A stretch of DNA of 64,000 nucleotides. It comes from Eledone cirrhosa (lineage: Eukaryota). The position numbers and the translations under genes are program-made. Below the pieces are notes generated by a model. The model saw nothing but the letters and a program-made list of their open reading frames with translations, had not been told where the DNA came from and did not search any database. This document shows positions 1 through 11,545 of this stretch, piece by piece. The DNA lies in the NCBI GenBank assembly GCA_964016885.1, contig OZ024740.1, forward strand, positions 154,380,001 to 154,444,000. The letters are read 5' to 3'. Each line of letters begins with the position of its first letter. Positions within the stretch are counted from its first letter, which is position 1.

Positions 1-325
1 TCAGTAATTAGGAATATTCCAAAGCTTGGTAGAACAAGTTGTGAGGAAAGTTATCAACATACGTTAAGGTGACTCGACAGGTTGGTAGGGATTCTGTAAT
101 GGAAACACGAACAAACGAGGAGTGTAATCAAAAGAGAGAAATATGACGAAGGTAAACAGTTACAAAAGGATTTAATCCACGTATTAACAATTGTTTCATC
201 AGAATTTCAGTCCATTATTGCTACACTGTGTAATAATAGGCAATCAAGAAAGATACTGTGGCATCCGAATTTTCAAAATACAAAGTTGAAATGACCTTAC
301 GAAATGAAATAGGGGTAGTAGTGTA

Positions 326-327
<2 letters not shown>
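1..327 (-). mobile_element. Penelope-like element pLTR/3' end fragment abutting (TA)n
   Basis: Minus strand carries an HHR motif followed by ATTAAA and a T-rich tail. The fragment ends at the (TA)n tract starting at 328 and runs off the window edge. Confidence 0.6.
181..281 (-). ncRNA. Type I hammerhead ribozyme, U3-A8 variant with long stem II
   Basis: Minus strand reads GTATT-TTGAAAA-(TTCGGA...TCTGAT, about 70 nt)-GAAA-CAATTG-TT-AATAC. Stem I is GTATT/AATAC and stem III is palindromic. Confidence 0.75.
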
Positions 328-374
<47 letters not shown>

Positions 375-899
375 TATAAACAGGTATATTGTCTGTCCTT
401 CATTTACCAGTTTTTCTCGATGAATTAATTAATTAAATAAATAATCAATTAGTCAGAGCTTTATGAAATTCTAAATAAGATAACAAGTTGCCTAATTTTA
501 CTTCAGTGTTCCGACTGGAGTTTCACAATGTGGTTTGTCGCTTTGAATATTTGGGGGCATCCATAACATTGAGGACACGGCTTTTCAAAAGAAAACATTT
601 TTCTAACTGATCGTTGCCAGTGACATTTTCGAAAGGGAAAAATATCACGTGGTTTATGGTCATCAAGAAGGGTAGCGAAAGGTGGACTATTGGCAGTCGT
701 GACTATTAACACTCTTTCCACTTATAATTATATATGTGTGTATAAATATATATATATACATACATATATATATATATATTGGTAAACGGAATAGAAAATG
801 CTGACAAATTGTTCACAGTTGAAAAATGGTTTAATTAGGAATAAAAGAGTATTAGTGATTGTATGGGTTAGTATTCAGTTGTGGTTTTAAGTTTTTAAG

Positions 900-937
900 T
901 TTTTACCGGTTGCGCATTTCTAAATGCTTTTCAAAAA
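900..937 (-). ncRNA. Minimal hammerhead variant (UUGAAAA / GCAA core)
   Basis: TTT-TTGAAAA-GCATTT ag AAATGC-GCAA-CCGG-TA-AAA; near-identical motif at 12598-12633. Confidence 0.6.
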
Positions 938-1047
938 TAATTCTGAGATAGAGTGTCCGTGCTGTTTGCGGCTAGGCGGTTCCGCCGCCGACCCGTACTT
1001 TTACGAGTAGCTGCCGGGAAAGACAGACGGCAAGACGGCGGCGTGTA

Positions 1048-1140
1048 TACGCGACGCGAGGCGAAGTTACGCGACGCGAGGCGAAGTTACGCGACGCGAG
1101 GCGAAGTTACGCGACGCGAGGCGAAGTTACGCGATGCGAC
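1048..1140. repeat. 20-nt tandem repeat (TACGCGACGCGAGGCGAAGT) x4 plus partial
   Basis: Read directly from the sequence. Confidence 0.95.
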
Positions 1141-1179
1141 ACGACGCCTCCGTCTTCCGCCTCGAACCCGGCAAACGTT

Positions 1180-1598
1180 CCTTTCATGTCCAGTTCTATG
1201 AGGGTCTTATAATTCTCCATGGCTCCTTCGTATACTCTGACTCTGTCTCTTTGGTTGTAGCCAGAGAACTGCATGCGGTTGATGAAGTGTTGGATGTGTC
1301 TTTCCATTTCTGTTGGGTCGCACATGCGGGACACATTCTTCATCACTCGTACCAAATCTGCGATCAGAATATTAAACTTAGCACTACTGGACATTGCTGA
1401 GTTTTTGAGTATCAGGTATTTGGAGGCCATGGGTTTAGCATAGTGTGAGTGGAGAATTTGGGCTCTCTCGTCTATAGTGTTAATCCAGAGTTCCGTGTCT
1501 AATACAGGTAGTCTATTGTTAGGGTGTTTGAAAGGGTAGTCGATAGTTACAGTTATACTCTGGTGTATGGAATTAGCTATCTGCTGGATGCTTTCCAT
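1180..1598 (-). pseudogene. PLE reverse transcriptase fragment (end of palm plus thumb)
   Basis: IANSIH..TIDYP..RLPVLDTELW..HYAKPM..RMQFSGY; closely similar to 25135-25725, which is linked to a GIY-YIG domain. Confidence 0.85.
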
Positions 1599-1685
1599 TG
1601 TGCAACGTCTAAATCAAACTTGTTAGTGCTCTCTAGTGGGGATGTTCTTATAACATGTTATATATAACATGTTATATATAACATG

Positions 1686-1743
<58 letters not shown>

Positions 1744-1818
1744 AGATGAGCAAGCAAGATTTAAACAATTCTTTAAAATAAATTAAAAAATATAATTTAA
1801 ATATTTACCTATTCCAAT

Positions 1819-1900
1819 TGCTTTTACCGATCGGTTTCACTTCACAAAAGATTGGAGATCCTAGGGACTTCCAATGGAAAGTTTAGATCATCAGAAAGCA
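1819..1900 (-). ncRNA. Hammerhead ribozyme with extended stem II
   Basis: TGCTTT-CTGATGA-tctaa-ACTT..ATTGGA..TCCAAT..AAGT-GAAA-CCGATCGG-TA-AAAGCA. Confidence 0.75.
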
Positions 1901-2304
1901 TTTTCCTTTCCTAGGACTAAAAGTCCCAGGAACGGCAAAATATATTGCCATCTGCCAGCTAGCACAGGATCGAATGGGGCCGAAAATTTGACCCATGCAT
2001 GAACCAGTCCGTAGTATAAGCGGAAGTAAACATAGACGTATTGTCTACATCGCTACTAAAAATAGCAGCTAAATAGAACAACAGATTTGTTCTCTACATA
2101 ACGGAGAATATTAAAAGAAGTTAATATGCCCACAGGTACTATGTACCCCTGGAAATATATAGGGTGTCTATGATACAAGGGTTGTTCTATGGTATTAATT
2201 TTACATACCAGAACTATAATATTGAGATAAGCGGAGCAAGCAAGATTTAAACAATTCTTTAAAATAAATAAAAAAATATAATTTAAATATTTACCTATTC
2301 CAAT

Positions 2305-2385
2305 TGCTTTTACCGACGGTTTCACTTCACAAAAGATTGGAGATCCTAGGGACTTCCAATGGAAAGTTTAGATCATCAGAAAGCA
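2305..2385 (-). ncRNA. Hammerhead ribozyme, second tandem copy
   Basis: Same as 1819-1900 but with stem III CCGTCGG (1-nt deletion). Confidence 0.7.
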
Positions 2386-2723
2386 TTTTCCTTTCCTAGG
2401 ACTAAAAGTCCCAGGAACGGCAAAATATATTGCCATCTGCCAGCTAGCACATTCGATCCTGTGCTAGCTGGCAGATGGCAATATATTTTCCGTAAAAGCA
2501 ATTGGAATAGGTAAATATTTAAATTATATTTTTTAATTTATTTTAAAGAATTGTTTAAATCTTGCTTGCTCCGCTTATCTCAATATTATAGTTCTGGTAT
2601 GTCAAATTAATACCATAGAACAACCCTTGTATCATAGACACCCTATATATTTCCAGGGGTACTTAGTACCTGTGGGCATATTAACTTCTTATATATATAT
2701 ATATATAAATATATATATATATA

Positions 2724-3000
2724 TTAGAAAGTGAGGTTTTTTTTACAAAATGAAAAATAACCGAGGTGTCCTACACGAGTGAAAGTATAAAGAAAAAGAG
2801 ATGAAATCGAAAATGCAACTGAAGTCTTATTTTTTAAAAAAATATATATATTTATTTGGTTCCTTTACCGGTTTCGCAGTTCTTCTGCTTTTCAAAAGGT
2901 GAGTTGAGATGGAGGGTCTGTGGTTTTTCTCAATAAATATATATATTTTTTAAAAAAATAAGACTTCAGTTGCATTTTCGATTTCATCTCTTTTTCTTTA
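2724..3000 (-). mobile_element. Short PLE 3'-end insertion with inverted terminal copy, in (TA)n
   Basis: Inverted repeat about 2787-2856 / 2932-3000 surrounding an HHR. Confidence 0.75.
2862..2899 (-). ncRNA. Minimal hammerhead ribozyme (U3-A8 variant)
   Basis: CCTT-TTGAAAA-GCAG aagaa CTGC-GAAA-CCGG-TA-AAGG; stems I and II are perfectly paired and stem III is palindromic. Confidence 0.85.
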
Positions 3001-3560
3001 TATATATATATATATATATATATAATTATCTCCCTTAGTTGCTTCTCATTAACTGTAAAATTACGTAGAGAATAGCTCTGCATGAAAATCAAATGGTAAT
3101 GTCGGTGCAAATATACCTGATATCTTGAAATAGCGAGCCAAACTATCTTAATTATGTGAAATTACACTTGTATTGATGGTAAAAAATAATTAGCTTAGTA
3201 GTTAATTATGGCAAAAGAATGACGAAAGAAAAAAGAAAGAGTTAAAGAAAATAGAAGGGAAGAAAAGCTGGACATTTCAATCAAATACACAGATTCATTG
3301 TTTTGTTAATTCTTTCTTAATTGCCAGATCAGTTTTGATTATGTAGACCTATGGCCAAAAATATTCCATCTGTAAACTTTCCGCTTCATTTTCCTTGCAT
3401 CAAGATCAGTGTTTCCTAACGTGACCTCCAGTGTATCCCGAGGAGATCATCTAAATCAGGTATCTATTATTACAATGTACTAAAAAAAATAATGTATATT
3501 ACGTTAATTTATATACGTAAATTCACTCCCTTTAACAATTTTGTTTCATTTAATGCCATG

Positions 3561-3720
3561 GCGGTAATCGGCGAATTGACCGAGTTGTTAGAACGTCGGA
3601 TAAAATACTTTGCGGTACTCGTTGCATTTCTCTGCGCTCCGAGTACAAATCCTGCCTAGGTCAACTTTACTTTTCATCCTTTCAAGGTCGATATAAAGGA
3701 TTGCCAGTCAAGTACTGATG
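3561..3720 (+). mobile_element. tRNA-derived SINE (octopus-type), degenerate
   Basis: GGCGG..GAATTG head, GAGTACAAATCC B-box-like motif, TTTCATCCTTTC..GGTCGATA core shared with many copies in the window. Confidence 0.65.
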
Positions 3721-3982
3721 TTGATTCGCCCTCTATGTCTCATTTTCACTTCGTTTTTATCAATACCTCTTTCCCTCGAAGAAATAATGTGTCAGATCTG
3801 AAGAGAGCGGATGAACATCATCAGGTTTTAAAGATACCAAGATAGCTACAGAGCAGTTACATCTCAAGAATGAGCTACTTGTCCACACATACTTGCATTC
3901 CATCTGAAAGTTTTCCGTTTTAGTTTTTCTTGTATAGTGTATCAAGGCCAGTGTTCCCCAAAGGGGATCAGGCGTATTTTAA

Positions 3983-4183
3983 TAATTGTTTCTACTTTAG
4001 GCACAAGGCCAGCAATCACCTAGTGCATTACTGGTACTTTACTGGTACTTTATTTTATCGACCCCGTCAGGATGAAAGGCAAAGTCAACCTCGGCGGGAT
4101 TTGAACTCAGATCGTAAAGAGACGTAACTATGCTGGAAAGCATGGCGTCCGACCATCTACCGATACTGCCAATCCACCGCCCT
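3983..4183 (-). mobile_element. tRNA-derived SINE (same family)
   Basis: Minus strand has GAGTTCAAATCCCGCCGAGGTTGACTTTGCCTTTCATCC..GGGGTCGATAAAATAAAGTACCAGT..GGCCTTGTGCC..GTAGAAACAATTATT. Confidence 0.85.
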
Positions 4184-4453
4184 TACTAATAATAATAATG
4201 AAAATTATAATGTACAGGCGTATTTTAATAATATTTATTAAAATATAATTTGTATTATATTATTTTATAGAAATAAATTCACACCCTATACTTATTTTGT
4301 TTCATTTACTGCCTTATAAAAATTAGAATGTTGTGGATCAACTGTAAAATATAAGCTTTCCTATATGGCTTTAAGAAAATGATAAAAGTTTCGTGGTTGT
4401 TGGGGAAAACGTATAAGGATTCCGCGACAGCAGAGCCGTAAAAGTTTTGAATA

Positions 4454-4725
4454 TAATTGTTTCTACTTTTGGCATAAGGCCAGCAATTACCCAGTGCATT
4501 ACTGGTACTTTATTTTATCGACCCCATAAGGATGAAACTCAGAATGGCTAGGGCCGTAACTCTATGCGTCTAAGCATGGCGTCCGACACTCTACCGATAC
4601 TGTTGACTATAATGCATTACGATATATTTTTCTGGCTCTCAACGCAATCTCATTTCAAATCTCGCCGGCGTCAATTTCGCTACTCCCCTTTTCGGGGTCG
4701 ATAAATAAATTATTAGTAAAGTACT
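4454..4725. mobile_element. Two partial tRNA-SINE copies (4454-4601 minus; about 4640-4725 plus)
   Basis: Same core motifs as 3983-4183. Confidence 0.7.
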
Positions 4726-5554
4726 GACACAATCATCTCTTCTCCACTGGGTTAAGTGTAGGAGGGTCGAGAGGAATCTCAATCTGCTAATGACTACAGG
4801 AGTACCTAAGCTGTTAGTGAAAGATGATATATACCGATACTAAATCATCTTCGTAGGCCTAAATATAGCAGTTTAGTATGTAGAGGGCTTTATCCAAAGA
4901 AGACTTCTTAATCTTCTTCTGCTTGTTATTTAGTTCAAGATTAGCCTTAATAAAACAGATCTATGATAAAAAGCATGCCATCCTAACTTGTCTCTATTTT
5001 CCTTTTCGGGAATTGTGTATCTTAGACTACACTTTTGTTTATGTTCCTTCTTTTTTTTTTTCGATTTATCCCCAGATAAACATTGTGTGATATCTTATCT
5101 AGAATTTACATATATAGGCAGTTATATTAATGAGTAATATAATTATATTACTCACTCTATCAACTATTAATGAAAGTGATGTGGATATGTATAATAATTC
5201 CATATATACATTTCTGCTAAAATATGGATACATGCCCAGAGAAATTATAAATAAAATATGTATTATTTTAGTGTATGTAGTTTGATTTATTTTCAACTGA
5301 CATTCCATTTAAGATATCATTACGTATTTATGAAAATTCTTTTTTTTTTTCATTATCTTCGCTAGAATTTTGTATGAAGCAATGTTGCCGTTATATCTAT
5401 GAAATATTCCTGTCACTAATATATATTCATGCATATTTGCATCTGTATATCAATATACACATACATATACACACACGTACAAATGCATATATATGTATGT
5501 TTGAGTGTGCTTTCATATACATACTAACAATAATACATATATATATAATATATA

Positions 5555-5605
<51 letters not shown>

Positions 5606-5610
<5 letters not shown>

Positions 5611-5735
5611 GAGGTCACAGAATGTGCGACGAAAGAGCTTTGACAATATTTAAACAACCTACCGGTTACAACCAACCAGCCAACCAACCGGAAATTTATA
5701 ATAAATTGAAGCGACCCTCCCAAAGTATAACAATA
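5606..5735 (+). mobile_element. PLE family A 3' end fragment starting inside its HHR
   Basis: Matches 26380-26565 and 16976-17130; flanked by (TA)n. Confidence 0.8.
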
Positions 5736-5758
5736 TATATATATTGTACATGGGCCTG

Positions 5759-5804
<46 letters not shown>

Positions 5805-6402
5805 TATAAAGGATGGTGTGCTCAAGCGCAGAAATGATATAAAATAAGCCGAAAACCCCACCAAGACGGAAAAAGAAGTTGCTATCGTCGGCCGCTATCA
5901 GGAATTGAACCCCATATCCTTTATACTTATATTGATATAAGTATAAAGATGATGTGCTATAGATATACTTGTATGTGTGTTTGTGTGTGTATGTATGTGT
6001 ATGTGTATATAGTTATACATACATATATATACATACAGAACATATATACAGACAATCAGACATACAGACATACAGACATACAGACAGAAGACAGACATAC
6101 ATATGTACATAAAGTGAATGCCAAGATACTTCAATGCTAATTTTCGTGAAATATATCCGACAAAACGTTGAATTACGAACAAACGTAATATATCAGATGT
6201 CGAAGTTAGTTTCCTTGAAGTTTAATATTAAATTGGATGTGCGACAATTTTATGTCGGTTTGTCTGTTAAGAGAGGATGTTTTCCTATTTCCGATTAGTT
6301 AAACCACCGTATGGATTCCGTCAGTATTCTGAACAAAATGATTTGTGTCTATTGTAGCAGAGATTTATGGAAATAAAAAAAAAATTTTTTAAAATCAAAA
6401 AA

Positions 6403-6476
<74 letters not shown>

Positions 6477-6888
6477 TCTCTCTCTATCTATCTATCTATC
6501 TATCTACCTACTTTTACTTGGAATATTCTAGAAACAGCAGTAAAAAGAAAACAGAATTATCGCTCGTTTGATTAAACCAGACGCTAACATAATACTTGCA
6601 ATAACAACGCACGAGAACATAATATCGATGTCATATATCTAGATAAATTTCAAACTAACATTGTCAGAAAGTTTAGTTTCACTTTCGTTTTCGGGAGATA
6701 AAGAATCAACAGAATTTATATGTTTTTCTACAGGTAATGAGCATTATCCCTTGACTGGTCCGTTACTAGTGTTATATAATTGATGTACTTTATTTTTATC
6801 GCCTATCCGGATGGCGAAAATTGCCGAATTGAACCTAACTTCAGATAAATTATATGCCGAAATTTTATGATGGGTAGTTATTAATGTC

Positions 6889-6981
<93 letters not shown>

Positions 6982-7089
6982 GGTGGTGGTGGTGGTGGTG
7001 GTGGTGGTGGTGGTGGTGGTGGTGGTGGTGGTGGTGGTGGTGGTGGTGGTGGTGGTGGTAGTGGCGGTGGCGGTGGTGGTGGTGTGCTG

Positions 7090-7160
<71 letters not shown>

Positions 7161-7175
7161 AGTGGTGGTGTGCTG

Positions 7176-7257
<82 letters not shown>

Positions 7258-7280
7258 GCAGCTGGGTGGTGGTGGTAGTA
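6889..7280. repeat. Compound (TAG)n/(TGG)n microsatellite
   Basis: Read directly from the sequence. Confidence 0.95.
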
Positions 7281-7779
7281 ATGCAGTGACAAAATCTGTT
7301 AAGTGTCCATTAAAATGTCTTGTGGTGTTTTTTAAGTTACGTCCCTTTATGATCAGAATTCAAATCCTGCCCCAGCCTATATCAGCACCTTTTTCTTCAA
7401 AAATATAGAAGGGTTGAGCAAGAGCACGTGAAAATATTGATATGCTACTGGAAACGTTGATGGACGGCCCGGTGACCATCACACCACAAAATAGTCAGAT
7501 GATATTGAGAAAACAACAACATAGGATGTCATGTATATAAGGTGATTTGGTTGTTGCATCTAGAAGGTCGAATGAATAAGTAGAGACACTCATGTTAAAT
7601 TCATATGATGACTTTATAGAACATCCATAGTTTATTATTTGTTTGTTTTATTAAAGAATCTACACACACAAACACAGAAACGCATATACAAAGAGAATGG
7701 GAAGATTCTGTTCTGTATATTGGTATTGATAAATATGTTGGGTCCGTCACCTCCTTATTTTATATATATATATATATAT

Positions 7780-7960
7780 ATTTCGTTTCTGAATTTGTTT
7801 AGCAAGATTCTTTATCTGAAAACGTGTGTTTAAACCGATATTGTTATACTTTGGGAGGGTCATGTTGCCAATAAGAAAGACACGCACCAGTTGCTTTCAC
7901 TTCAATTTATTATAATAAATTGAAGTGAAAGCAACTGGCAACATGACCCTCCCAAAGTAT

Positions 7961-7965
<5 letters not shown>
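7780..7965. mobile_element. Fold-back of PLE family A extreme 3' end, in (TA)n
   Basis: Hairpin centred near 7912; sequence matches 24200-24335. Confidence 0.85.
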
Positions 7966-7996
<31 letters not shown>

Positions 7997-8000
<4 letters not shown>

Positions 8001-8272
8001 AATTAGTATATCTACCAACATATATATACAGATGTATACCTATGCAAGCAAATATACAGGTTTTGTCTTAGTAACTTTGTGGTTCAATGCAAGGGGATGC
8101 AGAACAATTATATGAAAAACGTAAAATAAGAAAATTATAGTAATTAGCTTACTTACTTAAATTTCACTCCAACTAATTAGTTTCTGAACGGGAATATACA
8201 TAGTCTCCAAATGGAGATCATGGAGAAACCTTTTCTTCATCAGGAAGTCATTCTCAGCTGAGATACCTGGCG
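7997..8272 (-). mobile_element. PLE-type 3' end insertion in (TA)n
   Basis: Contains an HHR; a related copy in the opposite orientation lies at about 26770-27000. Confidence 0.7.
8166..8248 (-). ncRNA. Hammerhead ribozyme with extended stem II
   Basis: ACTTC-CTGATGA-(AGAA...TCTCCA ttTGGAGA...TTCA)-GAAA-CTAATTAG-TT-GGAGT. Confidence 0.75.
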
Positions 8273-8292
8273 ATATATATATATGTGTGTGT

Positions 8293-8331
<39 letters not shown>

Positions 8332-8336
<5 letters not shown>

Positions 8337-8532
8337 AATGGCGTGCTCCGTGGTTGCACATGGGTTACATATGAATAAAATTAGTCCTTCATCAGTGATC
8401 TTCCAACCTTCATTGGTATTTCTTCGCTTTAAAGATCATATTCCTCTCGCACCAACCAGAGGTATATGATCTTTAAAGCGAAGAAATACCAATGAAGGTT
8501 GAAAGATCACTGATGAAGGACTAATTTTATTC

Positions 8533-8535
<3 letters not shown>
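8332..8535. mobile_element. Fold-back insertion in (TA)n; related copy at about 33140-33280
   Basis: Inverted repeat about 8368-8446 / 8458-8535. Confidence 0.7.
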
Positions 8536-8583
<48 letters not shown>

Positions 8584-9050
8584 GAGAGAGGGAAAGAGTG
8601 AGCTAGGTAGAGGGAGAGAAATAGACGGATAAACAGACAGACTGTCTTACAGGCAGACACATAAAGAGATACATAGATAACTATACTGACAGACAGACTA
8701 ACACACAGACAGAACAACAACTATGATGAATGAGGAAAAATCTTCAATGAACTGTGAGTGTCCTCACAGTTTTAAAATCGAATTTCTTGTAATGAAACAC
8801 AAGCCTGAGTCGATTCAAATCTTTTGGAACATGTTAAGCGTGAATCCTGTCTATAAGCCGCTTGATGAAAGCAACAGACATATTTCAATCTTATTAGACT
8901 TCCTCAGCGAAACATGTTCACTCTACTAACTGGTGAGCTAAGAACGACTTGAAACTGATATAAGAAAAGAATAGAAAATTGTTTGTCATTAGAAATTATA
9001 GCTCTCTTCATAAAGTATCGACACAAATAGAGTCTCGTAGTCTAAATAAT

Positions 9051-9442
9051 AATTGTTTCTACTTTTGGCACAAGGCCAACAATTACCCAGTGCACTACTG
9101 GTGCTTTATTTTATCGACCCCGTGAGGATGAAAAGCAAAGCTAACCTCGGTGGATTTGAACTCAGAACGTAAAGGGCTATAACTCTATGCTGCAAAGCAT
9201 GGTGTCTGACGCTCTACCGATACTGCCAAATAATGATGATTTCTAACAATGACACAAGGCTAGAAATTTGGGGGAAGGGAAATTCCATTATACCGACCCC
9301 AGGTCTTAACTGGTACTTTATTTTGTCAACCGCTGAGGGATGAAAGGCAAAATTGGCCTTGGTGGGATTTGAACTCAGAAGGTAAAAAGTCGGAAAATAT
9401 ACCCCAAAGTATTTTGTCCAATGTTCTAAGGATTCTGACACT
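9051..9442 (-). mobile_element. Two tandem tRNA-derived SINE copies (9051-9228, 9240-9442)
   Basis: Both have TTTGAACTCAGAA and GGATGAAA..CAAA..CCT core motifs. Confidence 0.8.
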
Positions 9443-9857
9443 CAACTGTGTGTTTGTCTATGTGTGTGTGTATGTGTGTGCGTGCGTGTGTGTGAGTATT
9501 TGTATTACATAAACCACATGATTCTTATGCAATATACTATAGAGCATATAAATTAATAAATTCTATATGAGAAAAATATTCCTAGCTTTGGCATTCTAAC
9601 AACCAGCCAAAATTATTTTAGAGCAAGATTACAAAATCTACTCTTATAAAGAATTAACATAATTATTACTGAACCATAACAAATGTTTAGAAACATGATG
9701 TGAAGTGAACTGGATATGTGTGAAAGGAAACGAGGTTTGTTGCTGTTAATATTTAATCGCTTTCTCAATGCAAATGTTGTTAATTATTTGCCGTTTACAC
9801 GGTTGGTTGAGCATACACATTTCATATAGCGTGCTGATTAGATTCCAGAAGTAACGT

Positions 9858-9943
<86 letters not shown>

Positions 9944-9970
9944 ACTACTACTATTGCTGCTGCTGCTATT
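9858..9970. repeat. (CTA)n/(CTG)n microsatellite
   Basis: Read directly from the sequence. Confidence 0.95.
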
Positions 9971-10421
9971 AGAAGCCAACTAGGGTGCTTCTAGTTAGAT
10001 GCTCAACCTGTTAGAAATAACACTGGTATCACCCTAGCGTCATAAAAAGAATAAGAAAGAACATTGGATAATGATGTAGCCCTGGCTGGTCATGGCTGGA
10101 ACATCCCTGAAAATATGTCTCTTCGAGCAGCGATTGTTTACTAGAAAAATAACTTCTGGCCCTAATGCGAGCCAATGAAGAAGCCTCTATAGGGCAATTT
10201 CACCTACTAGAAATAGCAACTACAATATCACTCAAGTCACACCTTAAAATTAAAAGTGGTATTAGTTTACTTTAATGGAATTCAAATGGTTGATCACTTC
10301 GAAAGAAAGTTTCTAGAAAAATAAAACAAAGAGGCACTTTATGATTAACAGGATATTTCAACCGTCGACGTTAAACACTGCAATATGAACGGTGCTTATG
10401 CAACAAATATTCTCCTCTCGG

Positions 10422-10488
10422 CATGCTGATGAAGGCGTTACATCGGTTTATTAACATGTGACTGCCAGAAACATGGGTTTATGTCCAG
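10422..10488 (+). ncRNA. Hammerhead ribozyme motif at a PLE-type 3' end
   Basis: CTGATGA-A GGC GTTACAT..ATGTGAC t GCC A-GAAA-CAT gggttt ATG-TC, followed by ATTAAA and (TA)n; stem I is weak. Confidence 0.6.
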
Positions 10489-10490
10489 AT

Positions 10491-10638
<148 letters not shown>

Positions 10639-10672
10639 GATGTGTTCATTCTGTCATTACAACAGCAGAAAT

Positions 10673-10760
10673 CCGACGAGCTTTTGATTCCAAAGTCGGG
10701 CCTTATGTATACAGATCGATGGATACAGATTGAGCTGATCAATAACGAAGCGCGCGTCAC
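10673..10760 (+). ncRNA. Degenerate hammerhead motif with long stem II
   Basis: CCGACGA..TTGATT...GATCAA..GAAG-CGCGCG-TC, then AATAAA, in a TA-flanked insert; both core strands are mutated. Confidence 0.35.
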
Positions 10761-10806
10761 CAATCAATAAACGTAATGAAAGCATAACAAATCGCCCTTT
10801 TATCAT

Positions 10807-10880
<74 letters not shown>

Positions 10881-11060
10881 TGTATGTATGTGTATATATA
10901 TATGTGTATATATATATGTATATATATATGAATGTATGTAAATGTATGTATGTGTATATATGTATGAATGCATGTATGTATATATATATATATGTGTGTA
11001 TATATATATATGTGTGTGTGTATGTATGTACGTATGTGTGTATGTATGTATGTATGTATG

Positions 11061-11114
<54 letters not shown>

Positions 11115-11159
11115 TGTGTGTGTGTGTGTCTGTGTGTGTTTGCGTGTGTTTTGATCAAG

Positions 11160-11545
11160 TCAGGAAATGATCACTTTGAAACTCTTCGAAGGGAACACCA
11201 AACACTAATAAGTAAGGTGAGGAAAAGCGACTGTTCTGAACTGCCTGTTATTGAGCAACATCTGGTTTGCCAAATCCGTGGTCGAGTCTGCCTTAGCAAA
11301 GCTCATCTGATAAGACATGAACAAAGTCATATCAGTATACCTCGTGTAGATTATGAACAGCATGATCTGAAAAGGTGTAGGGAATGTGGTAAGAAATGTG
11401 CAACCATTGAAGGTCTTTAAAGACATATGAGAACGCTCAGTCAGAACCAAGCAGTGGAAAGTCCCAGACGAATCTAACGCCGTCATGTATGTGCCAGAGG
11501 GTGCAAGTGTTTGACTGGTTTGATGAGCCACATCTGTGCCTCACA
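11160..11545 (+). pseudogene. C2H2 zinc-finger C-terminal remnant, probably an RTE-type LINE 3' end
   Basis: HFETLRRE..RK, CQIRGRVCLSKAHLIRHEQSH, CRECGKKCATIEGL*RHMR; contains stops and follows a (TG)n tract. Confidence 0.5.

Larger units (their letters stand above)
780..1648 (-). mobile_element. 5'-truncated, internally deleted Penelope-like element in (TA)n
   Basis: PLE RT C-terminal fragment (1180-1598), then a GC-rich segment, then an HHR-bearing 3' end; (TA)n on both sides. Confidence 0.8.
1741..2690 (-). mobile_element. Non-coding HHR element: about 486-nt partial tandem unit plus inverted terminal copy, in (TA)n
   Basis: 1745-1970 is repeated at 2232-2449; 2450-2690 is an inverted copy; two HHRs; no ORF. 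Confidence 0.8.

Noticed and set aside
1048-1140. CRISPR-like array
   Set aside because: Contiguous 20-mers without spacers, in a eukaryotic context.
6744-7292. Poly-Y/T/P/L and poly-V ORFs
   Set aside because: Translation of trinucleotide microsatellites.
8505-8535. CTGATGA conserved here and at about 33209 as a hammerhead
   Set aside because: No downstream stem II/GAAA and no convincing permuted fold.
11160-11545. Host C2H2 zinc-finger gene exon
   Set aside because: Lacks TGEKP linkers, contains stops, and resembles a LINE C-terminus.
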